From Takakia lepidozioides (taxonomy: Eukaryota; Plantae; Bryophyta), in NCBI GenBank assembly GCA_030704615.1, contig CM060732.1, forward strand, positions 44,888,001 to 44,952,000: 64,000 bases of DNA, in the 5' to 3' direction. Positions 38,986 to 50,101 of this stretch are shown in pieces. Below the pieces are notes generated by a model, which had not been told where the DNA came from, searched no databases, and saw nothing but the letters and a program-made list of their open reading frames with translations. The translations under genes and the position numbers were made by a program. Numbering within the stretch: position 1 is the stretch's first letter; every line of letters starts with the position of its first letter.

Positions 38986-41819
38986 CTCCCCCCCTCTTCT
39001 CTCCCTCTTAGCGAGACAATGTATACTAGGAACACAGACACGCACACGCACCAAGCGAGACTCAACACAAAGGGGGCACCGACCAAACGAGGGTATTGCA
39101 AGGCGGAAGATGTTCCATCCGAGAAAAGACAAGGAAATGAAAACGGGGATTGTATGCAATCCTACGGTTCAAAAGGGCGGACTGCAGGCACAACAAAGGC
39201 CAGCACGGCAAGGTCGGCAGAAATGCTCCATAGGATAGAATGAGAGAATAAAATAAGAAATCTTAGACATTTCAATTGTTGCGACTATACCCTCATGAAA
39301 ACACCACGGACCACAAACCCCGAGCAAAATAACACATATGTAGTCGGAACGAAAACCGCTAGGGTAACCGCAGAAGCCTTAAAGACAGGACAAGGAAGTA
39401 AAGAAAAATAGCGTTAACAGTACAACACATATCGTCCGAGGATATGCACTCGAGGAAACTGATGCAGCGAAGTGCAAGCACCAAGCAGATGACGAACAAT
39501 TGTGTAAAGGAAGAAAAAAATAAGAAGCAAGGTAAGACAGCATATGACTAGATCGAAACACATACCTTGCTGATCACAGGTTGCAGAATCACTATGAGGT
39601 CTTCGTGCTCCTCTCAACTCACGTCGCGAAGACTCGGACTCGCGAGGGTTTGCCAGCATACCCTTCTCCTCCAACCAGCAATACATGGATGAATGAATGC
39701 ATCCGAGGAGATGGATGACCTTCGGGGAATCTCAAGATTGGAAGATGCTTTTTGAACAGGAGAATAACAGAATGTTGAATTAAGTTAAAAGGAAACTTAA
39801 TTTGAATTTTGTGTCTTCGCAACTGTTCTGTCGCAATTACCTTCATAGAGGTATATAGTGTGTATTTCACTGACAACAACATCAAGACGAGACTCCGCTG
39901 TAAGCCTCCACGGCCTCCTGTTGTGATGGGTTGTGCTTGGTATACAATTTGAAATGGGACTGACCATTGCTTGTAATTGCAACACCTTTGTTCGACATTC
40001 ACTTAACCCTCAAGTGTCAAAACTCATTTTCACCCTCTCGTGGAAAAACATGACTCTGGCCCACAATTTTTTTTTTATCTAGAGAATCTCTGTGTCCCTG
40101 TAAAACTGACCGTTGGAATTACTTTCCACCTACCCAACCTCCTACCACAAAAAGTTTCACCAAAATCCAACTGCCAGATCTGAAGATTATAAAGTGTAGA
40201 GTGGGGACCAAAAAAAATCTCCACTAAGAACTAGGTGCCAAAAAAAGCAGTTTTTTGCTCGTATTTGGGCATTTTTAATTTTTTCTGTTTGAGAGTCTCA
40301 AGAATGTTGCTCCATACCTGATAACACACATCCTCATAAAATTTCAGTTTTTTCTGAAATGTTCTCAAGTGGGCTCCTTTGTAGTGACAAATTGGGGGGT
40401 CAAAATATGCCATTTTCTTTGGGCAGGCCAAAATCTCTTTGCCTAAAATTATACAAAAAAAAATCAGCCGCCAGTCAATCCCTAACCCTCCGGTTGAAAT
40501 GTCATGGGCTTCCATATGAAGTCCCCGAAAAACTTTGAGGCCAATCAGCCAATGCACCGCATCCTTAGTTTCCTTGCCCAAGACTTCAAATGGCACACCT
40601 TTGACATAGCTTGCAGGCCTAAGATATTTGGAGCCGTAGCCCAGAAAGGCGCAGGGTTTGGGAGCTCCTCTGGCTACCCGGCCTTGCTTTCATGGGGGGC
40701 CACTCCACCCTCAACCCTCTCAAACCCCCGCCCTAGGTTTGGCCCACCCCTCGTGGCGTTTTTCTCGAGCCCCGAGCTCTGCCGCCATCGCAGCTGCACT
40801 CCCTCCAGGCCGCCCTGCATGGCGTTAGCCGGAAGCTGCCATCGCCGTGGATTCAGGCTAGGGCCCAGGCCTACTTGTCAGTGTGAACGTTCATGTCGGC
40901 ACCGAGAATACTGCTGGATCCACCCTCAGGAAAAACTGTCAGGAGATGTTATTTCGTCGCCGACATGGCTATCATTGTTATACATATAGGATATGGAATC
41001 ACACCTCTCACCTTCATGCATGTATCTTGAAACATTCTGCTCGATTTCAATGTGCGACTTCCAATCGTCGATGGCCTCGGCAATTCCAATTATGTGGTGT
41101 CACTAAGCCTTGGTCTGTTGTTGTCTCATACTTGCCAACTTCGTGCGGTGTTCGATCGCTCCCAATTCATACACTATAGTTTGCTGTCCTCCGCAACTTG
41201 GGAGAGCCAGGATCCCAAACGAGGGAGGACTTTGCGGAGTGACTGAAACTTACCTTTGTTCCAAATTCAAGCTCAAACCAGGCACACTTTATTTGGAAGA
41301 AGAAAGGAAGGATGTTCCTGGACAGGTTGATGAGACCATTGTCGTGCTAGGTAGCGACGGAGGTTGCGGAATCGCGTGGCACTTACCTCCATCAGACACC
41401 ATCTTGTACCGAGCTGTGGGAATGCCCATTCCCTTTCCGAATCAGTCGCTTCCGACACCATTCACAAAGGAGTCGGGAAACCGACAGGCGGCCACTGCCA
41501 ATAGAGAGGTATGCAACGATAATCATTCCCAACCTGGACTCGAGACGATGGGCCATCAATGCGACGCGTATTTCATCGTCTGGACCCCATACGACGGCAA
41601 GTGGAGCCTACTCGAAGTCTGATAATTCTGTTGGAGGTTGAGGCTTCGGACCTAGAGGGCAATGAAATCATGTTTGAAGGCAGCTTCGAAAATCAGAATG
41701 CTCAAATCACTGCGTGGTCCCAAATTCAAGGTCACTATCGATGGTTGCAGGGACCTATAAATCATTTGAGTCAAGAACGAAGAGCCGAATACTTGGTAAG
41801 TACCATTTGTCAGATTTTG

Positions 41820-42508
41820 GATTTTCTCCAACTCTAAACAAGTCCAAGATTTTACCGCTCCTCGAGGGACTCGGCGCTAGAGGAGGGGGTGATGTCACGG
41901 ACATAGCCCAGAGAAACTTACCAGAAATAAATACCAGAAGTTACCAAGTTACCATGTTACTGGAAGTTACCATGATTTACCATGATTTACCATGATTTAT
42001 CATTATTTACCAAGTTATCAGGAGTTTACACCAAAAGTAATTTGAGAAACTGCTCAGAAAGCTTCCTTTGGAGGAAACTTCTCTATTAAGATACCTCCTT
42101 TGTTTAAGGAAGCTTCTCCATCAAGAAACCTTTGTTTAATCTTGGAAACTTCTCCAGCAAGAAACCTCCATAGGGAAAGCTTCTTAGAGAAACTTCTTAG
42201 TAGCCAGTATATATAGGAGGCGAGACTGGACACTCTTCAGTCTCGCCAACACCAGTTCAAACTACTGTTGTTTCCAGTTTTCAGTACTCTAGCCCAATTT
42301 CCAGTATCTGGTACTCCAGCCCAGTTTCCAGCATTCCAGTATTCAAGTCGCATTCCAATATTTTGTACTCTTGTTCATTGTTATAAAGATCGTCTTGATT
42401 CCTATTTACTCATCGTGCATTCGGCCACGCCGACCTTGACTTCTTGTCTAGTCTTGTACCTCTAGTCTGATCTCTTGTTTATGTCCAGTCATGTTCTCGT
42501 CCTTGACA
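41820..42508 (+). mobile_element. 3' remnant of an LTR retrotransposon: PPT plus a 616-bp LTR
   Basis: PPT agaggaggggg(tga) then LTR 41893-42508 with termini TGTCACGGA...TCCTTGACA (8/9 inverted), TATA-like tatatatag at ~42208 and internal atgatttacc repeats. Confidence 0.8.
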
Positions 42509-42990
42509 AGTTGTGCTTATATGAATACAACGTGCATTTTTTGGAATTTTGACAAAACTTTTGAAATTTCGTTGACAAAACTTGGGTTTTAAGGGTATGT
42601 AAAATTGTCAGTATATTGAGCTATTTAGACTCGCTGATGAAACCCAAGTTTTCATCTTATTACATTGTATTTTTTAATTTAGCTAAAAAGAAGATGATGC
42701 CGAGTTGGCCCGAATGAAGGGTAAATTATGGTATTTCTTCGTCGTGATGGACTGCTCGCGACTACTATCTTTCGTTGGAAAGTAGACACTTTGAACCTTA
42801 GATCACCTCACTTATCCACCAACCCTATGACTACTTGTTCTTGTGTTTAGAGGTATAAATATGTTTTTTTTCTCTTTTTGGAATAAAACATCATATCTAC
42901 ACCTTTCAGATTCTAAATATAACCAATGGACATAATGATAATTACCGGAATTCTTTCATGTTTTGATTCTGCATATTTTCATGATTCTAA

Positions 42991-43450
42991 GAGTATCTCC
43001 TGCAGCACAATAAAGGCACCGGGCCGGCGCCAACTGGTCCCGCCGCAAAGGGTGGGGCCCAAACTAAACCCCAATGGTGCAATAAAGCGAAATATTTTGT
43101 GACGGGGCCGCTCAAATTGACATTTGCCCTGCCAGATTCGGGCTTATGTAGTGGGATACAATTCTGGGCCGCCAAATGTTTGAATCCCTACTATGACGAC
43201 ACGTATCTCCAACCCACATTAATGCGCGGGTGTTGCCATGACAACGTCTTTATCCCAAGCTCTCCTACGGCTAGCAGAGCGGGTGGGCCCCAAGCCCCAA
43301 ACTTGCTAGCAATGCCAAGATAGCAAGGCATTGGGCTTGCATGGCAGGGGTCCTTTTCTACTCTTATGATATTTTGGAAATTGGCCCCGTCAAGCTGGCC
43401 GCCACAATGCATTTGGCGGGGCATTTTGGCTTGCACCGTAGGAGATGCTC
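42991..43450. mobile_element. Tourist/Harbinger-type MITE 1
   Basis: TAA|GAGTATCTCC...GGAGATGCTC|TTA. Confidence 0.75.
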
Positions 43451-43453
43451 TTA

Positions 43454-43900
43454 GAGCATCTCTACGGTGCCATGGAACTTACTCCAAAACAGCAATCTAC
43501 CGGCGCGGGGTCCAAAAAAGTAGCGCAGCTTGATCCACAGTTGGCTCATCCCGGTAGAATTGTTGCCGGCCCCGCCTTAAATATGCCTCCCGCCCGGCAC
43601 TTTTGCCAATCATACCGGGACCCCACCAACCACGGTACATTAGATTCGTGAGTTATTTCTGAGTTAATGAGATATGATCTCCTCGGTCCACGCGCCAAGA
43701 TTGTGATCGAGATATGATGTCCTTGGTCCATGCGCCAAGATTGAGATCGAGCGGCCGGGCCTGCCTCGGGGCTATATCTGCCGGGTCTTGTACCGTCCCA
43801 ACCGTGGAGTGTCAGCCAACCAGTCATTGTAAGAAATACCGTCGCCCCTGTAACCAGGGTATATAACGTTTGATGGGCCGTGCTCACCGTTGAGATGCTC
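43454..43900. mobile_element. Tourist/Harbinger-type MITE 2
   Basis: TTA|GAGCATCTCTACGGTG...CACCGTTGAGATGCTC|TAA (15/16 TIR match). Confidence 0.8.
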
Positions 43901-44844
43901 TAAGGGCTAGAGCTGACGTCCTAAGAACCAACTAAAAATAAATCAAAATTTTAACCTTAAAAGAAAAAAAGAAAAAATGGAGACTAAATAGAGTTACATA
44001 CATCTATTATCTATCATACAATCTGAAGATGTGTATTTATAGTACATTAATAGATCTGTATATCTTATTGTCTAAATATAGATAAGAGATAAAAAAATCT
44101 AATATTGACATTTCATTAGCTATTACTATTATCTTATTTATAATATATATGTAATAATAATATATTGATAATTCAGAAATTAGACAAACCATTGATTTCT
44201 GTTTTGTGGTTTTATCATAATTAATATCTAGAAGTGCTATAATACTATAATAGAATATGTGAAGAAATGAAGAAAGCAAAATTGAAGCAGATTTGCAATG
44301 AAATTCATTTTTTTCGGGCAGCTTGAGAAATTAACAACGATGACGTGGATGACAAATGAAAGGAAATGATATTAGAGTAGAAAGATTTTTAAAATTTTGT
44401 TTTTTTTTGTTTTTTCTTTCCCCTAGGTATCTTATAAAAGACGAGGATGGTCCATGGCTGACAATGGCAATGACCCTATTCCTGCTCTACACCACAACTA
44501 GTTTCCGACCCTCAGTTGTCACTAAAATATGTGTTATACTAAGGCTACGCGTTGCTCTGCACTACTAGTGACGACTTTTGAGAACACCGTTCTTTTTTAT
44601 TGGAAATATATTTTGTGTGAAAAATAATATGAACAATGTAACAATAGAAAAAAAACTACGGCTAGAGTTAGCATAACTAAAAGCTATATATTTAATTGTC
44701 TAAAATATAGACAAGATATAGAAATCCAATATTAAAAGTTTTGAAATTTTATTAGCTATTACAATTATCAGATTCATAATATGTATATGTATTCTCGTAA
44801 TATATTAGTAATTTGAAACTTGCTAACCATAAAACCAAAGGGTG

Positions 44845-44928
44845 TGTCGTGGACATACATATCGCTACACAACTACATCGCTGTCCAAACCACACCACAC
44901 ATATATGCACAATAAAGTAGTCTACACA
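44845..44928 (-). repeat. Terminal repeat A, outer copy (84 bp, TG...CA)
   Basis: Nearly identical to 45283-45367. Confidence 0.9.
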
Positions 44929-44929
44929 A

Positions 44930-45280
44930 TGATAAAAAGCTAAAAGACACACACTCCCAACACAAAGAAATATAAATCCATCGCTATCACTCTTGAAACT
45001 AGAAGTCGAGCCAGGGGCACCCCAAGCTATGGGGACTCCACCCCACAACCAACTATCCCTACATAAGCACACTCAGATCTAAACGCATGCAGGAGCTCGG
45101 TCGCGCAGGCTCAACTCGAGAGAGATGAGCTGCGCGACTGCCGCTCTCGTGAAGATAAGACGGACCAGGTGTCAAACTAAACTTGACACCTGATTTAACA
45201 CTTGACCTAAATCCAAGTGTTAAATACAAATAACTAGTTTTATTCTAGCTGTTTTCACACTGTGCTTATTTAACTTGACA
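44930..45280 (-). repeat. LTR core B, 3' copy
   Basis: Direct repeat of 56387-56743; TG...CA termini. Confidence 0.9.
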
Positions 45281-45282
45281 GC

Positions 45283-45367
45283 TGTCGTGCGCATACATAT
45301 CGCTACACAACTACATCGCTGTCCAAACCACACCACACATATATGCACAATAAAGTAGTCTGCCACA
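45283..45367 (-). repeat. Terminal repeat A, inner copy (85 bp), directly after the PPT
   Basis: Copy of 44845-44928; on the minus strand it follows the purine tract AGGGGGGCGAT (45378-45368). Confidence 0.9.
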
Positions 45368-45629
45368 ATCGCCCCCCTAGCTGGTGGATAGGTCCCTCTA
45401 CCTCCAGATAGCTACAAGATGTAATAGCCACAGCCGTACTAAGTCCTCTATCACTGTCCCTATTGTACTCAAACTCTATAGACCAAGAGGCCGGGTACAA
45501 GAGTAGCCCCATCGTTAGTCGCCGTCTTGCAATCTGTGAACTTGAGCCAGGACTCGTGTGTTCAAGGTCTCCTGTAGCTGGGCCGCGTTCTTGTTAGCCT
45601 TCCATGGTTGTATCCACTCCCACTATCCA

Positions 45630-47040
45630 ATGCATGTGGACATAACCAATCCCCATCTGGAACCATCTCAAGAGGTGGAGTCAAGCATCCCTATGCCAAC
45701 CTCTAGAGCATCGATCACACACCAGCATGGTGGCTGCCCCTTTAGCAGACCCACACAACATGCACCTCAAACCTGCAGATACCACTGCCAGGTTTGGGTC
45801 AATCCTGCCATCGACATTCGGAAGGTGACATGGCGCACAATTACGCACATGGTCCTTCCAAGTTATGCCATCCCGACCCTCCAAGACCAAGACGCCTGAG
45901 GGCAAGACCTCTCGAACCCTCAAAATAACACGTCCTGCAGTCACATCCAGGGTCGTAGGAGCAGTCTGCTGCAGATAGACATAGTCACCAGGGTTGAATC
46001 TCCGAACCCCAGGACGATAGCCCCCACCACGTATGGTAGCATACCTCAACGTATCACGGGTTGTGCATGGCAAGGTTCTCGAAAGCCATGGGCATGACTC
46101 TCTTGAACAACTCTGCACGCTGCTCACATGCACGTGCCCACACGTCCGGATCGTCAAGGTTAAGAACTGTAGCAGCTTCTCTGCGAATGGATGTAGGCAA
46201 ATCCGGCTCTCGGCCAAAGAGAAGAAAGTATGGTGAGAAGGAGGCAAGTGATGCTTGCTTGCTGAACCTGTAGCCCATGGCTAACCAGGGTAACTGAAGG
46301 TCCCAATCTCCTAGGTGTCCCTTCTGCAAGCCATACTTGCGCAAACCCCTCTTTACTGTCTGAACAACTCTCTCTGCCAAGCCATCGGCTTCAGGATGAT
46401 CCCGAGAAGTGGTGCGGTGGTCTATCAAGGCCTTGTCACACAAAGCCTGAAACCCCAAGAACTCTCTCCCTTGGTCCGTGAGTACCTCAGCTGGAGCACC
46501 GAATCGGCTAAGCACACAATCCAGGAATGCATACGCAGCTCCCTCACTAGCCTTATCAGGCAATGGAACCAATTCAATCCACTTGGAGAAGTGCTCCACC
46601 ATCACCAACACGTACTTGTTGTGGCGCATGGTCAGTGGCAACGGCCCTGCGAAGTCAAGACTCCACCTGTAGCCCAATCCCATGATCGGAAGAGGGTGCA
46701 ATTGTGGAGTAGGGGCGTTGAATGAAGCACGCACCCTGTCACACACCATGCACCTAGCCACAAATTGTTGCACCTCTGTGTGCATACCACGCCACCAATA
46801 CTGCCCCTGCAGTAGACTATGAGTGCGTCGCACCCCAAAATGCCCCAACTCCTCATGGGCATGCCGCACTAACCGTGCCCGCTGTGTTGGGTGAGGCACA
46901 ATCCTCACTCGACCATCCTCCCACACTCGGAGCAGGTGTGTCCCCTCCCACTTGAACCTCTTGGCTCGTTGTAGGATCCGATCCCTCTCCTTGGCAGTCA
47001 TAGTGGCTGCCGTGTCTCCACTGCGGAGGTAGTCCAACAC
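45630..47040 (-). CDS. Gypsy integrase with C-terminal PHD finger (frameshifted)
   Basis: HHCC (HEELGH...CMVC), DDE (WSLDFAGP, LTDQGREF, GLAERVV), RRFNPGDYVYL, then CMLC...CDRCSRGWH.GCLTPPLEMVPDGDWLCP. Confidence 0.9.
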
Positions 47041-47315
47041 AACTGAATCCTCATGTATATCTTTGGCGCCACCCTTGCTAATTGTGGCCTCAGGTCCTCA
47101 GACACTTGATCTACAGTCATCCATGTTGTAGGCCCAACCTGGCCTTCCGCCTGCCAAGATACACAGAAATGCAGATGCATGCCATCCGGGCACCATCTCC
47201 TCGTCCGTCTCACCATGCCACCGAGCTCCAGTGTCATCCTGCTGGCTCGTGCATGGATTGCGACTCAACCCATGCATTTCGATTGACCAAACCCGGTCGA
47301 TGCCACCACTGAAAG

Positions 47316-48700
47316 TCATACTATGAAGGATGGTGCCCACCGTGCAAGCTTCCCCGTAAGCTTGTCTGACTCCATCAACCACTGAGTGGTTGGTGATCCG
47401 TGACAAGGTGAAGAAGAGATTGCCGTATAGATAGCACCTGAAGTGTGCCACGGCCACACTGCAGCTAAGCATTCTCCCTCATATGAGCTATACTTAGACT
47501 CTGCAGCATTGTTCGAGCGGCTAGCATAAGCCACTACGAACTCTCTTCCCTCATCATCCACCTGTGTGAGCACCGCTCCAAGCCCCAGCATGCTCCAATC
47601 TGTATGCAACTGAAAAGGACGCCCCCTGATAGGTCGTCTCAAGATGGCGCCGAGGTCAGCCTCGCCTTGAGCTCTTGAAAAGCTTGTTCTTGCTCATCTT
47701 CCCACTGCCGCTCCTGGTCCACCTTGGTCAGCTTGGTTAGAGCCTTTGCAATGGCACTAAATCCCTTAACAAACCGTCTGTAATAGTTTGCTAACCCCAT
47801 GAAAGCTCGAACTCGGCTCACATCCGTGGGGCGTGGAACCTGTGCAATGGACTCTACCTTAGTCTGCTGTACCCCCAATCCTCCAGGATATATCATGTGA
47901 CCCAGATACTCAATCTGGTTGTGGAAAAACTTGCACTTGCCCGGATGTAACTTCAATCCGTGCGTCCTCAAGCGCTCAAATACCCCCTGAAGGTGTCTCT
48001 CATGCTCCTCCACCGTAGCACTAAAGATGATGATGTCATCTATGTAGCACCGAGCAAACTCCACCCCTGCTAGAATCCTGTCCATGACTCTTTGAAACTC
48101 AGCGGGAGCGTTTTTTAAGCCCAAATGGTAAGAACCGCCACTGGTATAGGCAATCCTTCCCGTGCTCATTGATCCCCCAGAATGCCGTCTTTTGCTTATC
48201 CGCCTCCTTGATCGGCAACTGGTGATATCCGGATCGTAAATCCAACGTGCTAAAGACCTTGGAATGCCCAATGGCATCAAAGATCTCCTCTGTGTTGGCA
48301 TGGCATACCTATCGGACTTGGTCTGACGATTAACAGGCCGGTAATCACCGCACATACGTCTCTCCGTCCAATTGCCATAGACATCCTTCTTAGCTGGCAT
48401 CACTGTGGCTGAAGCATACTCTCCACCAGAGAGCTCCACCAAACCTGCCTCCCAGAGATCTTGAGTCCTCATCTGAATCAAAGACCTCTCCATGTCACTG
48501 TATCTATAGGGTCTCCGAAAGATTGGCGTGTCAGTGGCCAACTCAATACGGATCTCTTGACCCTTCAGTGCTCCCAAGTCCTTCAAACTGAAGGCAAAGC
48601 AATTCCTATAAGCCCTCAGGAACCGCCGTATACGTCGTCTCTCTCCTCCGGTGACAATGGGTCCAATGTCAGGCTCCCAATTGTCCTCCGTAACTGCAAC
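47316..48700 (-). CDS. Gypsy reverse transcriptase and RNase H (frameshifted)
   Basis: RRMCGDYRPVN, GLKNAPAEFQRVMD, YIDDII, KCKF...YLGH; RNase H FQLHTDWS..GLGAVL...AYASR...YEGECLAAVW. Confidence 0.95.
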
Positions 48701-49039
48701 CTTAAGTCCAGTGGGCTTAGAGGTAGAGGACGCGTCCCGTGGTTGCTACGCTGCAACCTCTTGAGCAGTATCCCCTTCCTGCTCAGTCAATGACAAGGCC
48801 TCATCCTGCCCCATCATCTCATCATTGAGAACCTCCTCATCCCGAGAGAATCCCCAACCTCATCCATCACAGCTGCCTTCGCTGCCAACTCCCTCTGAAC
48901 CTCGAGCACCTCCCACGTGTGCCATGGATGTCTACACCTCGTGGTCCTCACCGGCTCGCCCCCACTCGCTGCCTGTACCGTCTCGGTAGGCAGAGAGACC
49001 GTCAAGGGAAGTGCACTCCGCACTCTACGTTGCTCAGCC

Positions 49040-49995
49040 ATAGCCAAGCTGACAATCCAGGTCAAGCAATTGAGATCCATTGCTTGCCCCAACACCTGAC
49101 GACGTGATGCCTCAGAAAGAGAAGGCACCGCCGTGGTCCCAGTGGAAAACCCCATAGCCCGCTCTCGCTCGTCGGCATTAGGCTCCACTAACTGCTGCAA
49201 CTGAGCATCCCACAAGAGGCCAGGTCCACCATCCCGAAAAGCATGGGATCCTGGGAAGCTGAGCAGTGTAGGTAATGCTGCTCGTGGTTGACCCACCTGT
49301 TGACCACTGCCAAAGGCGAACGGTCATCGTGTCTCACACGTTGAGACTGCCTTCCTGTGTCCAAAATGCCATCCACGGTGAGGTGTGCTGGCCGCTGCAC
49401 CCCATCAAATGCACGCTTGAGCAGTGCGGGTGGCATCAAGTTAGTCCACCATAGTCGTGGACGATGAGCCCGTGACCCCACTGCAGCTGCATCCAGCAAT
49501 ACTGCTGACCCAAGCCACGACCGGACTTGATGCACACTGGCCATCACCCTGGCCCGAGAATCACCCATCAGTGGTACATTCTCCAAGATGTATGCTGGAG
49601 ATACAGCTTGATGAAGCTGCAAGCAGCGCAAAATCCGCACCATCTCCCAAAACAGACCCGTCCTCGAGTCTCGCAATCCATTGCCATGCCCGGCTGATGA
49701 ATGCCCTTGGCAGGGCCAACCTGCCACTATCAGATCAATGGAGCCAACCTGCTCCAAATCTTGCGCCCCCAACAAGGAAATGTCTGCTGGCAAGGCTTGT
49801 TGGTATCCACGAACTGCAGACACAGGCAACAAGTCAGGGTACTGCTGTACCAACTGAGCCACATGGCGCAGTGAGACGCGTCGTGCAGTCTCATCCCTCT
49901 CCACATACAGGTAACGCCTTACCCGCACACCTGCCTGTAGCACAGCAGCCAATCCGGTGCTGATCCCGCCAAACAAGTCCAGAAGGCAAATGCCT
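49040..49995 (-). CDS. DNMT3-like C5 cytosine DNA methyltransferase domain within the polyprotein
   Basis: Motif I LLDLFGGI, II YLYVERD, III ADI, IV AGWPCQ, VI ILENV, VIII HRPRLWWTN, IX ERERAMGF, X RRQVLGQAM; one frameshift near 49295. Confidence 0.9.
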
Positions 49996-50101
49996 TCATC
50001 CGGCCGCTGCCACACAAGAGGTGTGGTGTCCAATGGCGACAACTGAGGTGGCCCTGGTGCAATCACCGCACTCTCCTCCTCTCCTGACGGTACAAAAGCT
50101 T

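Noticed and set aside
49040-49995. Bacterial restriction-modification contamination
   Set aside because: The domain is embedded co-linearly in the retroelement polyprotein, has DNMT3-style motifs and has no neighbouring endonuclease
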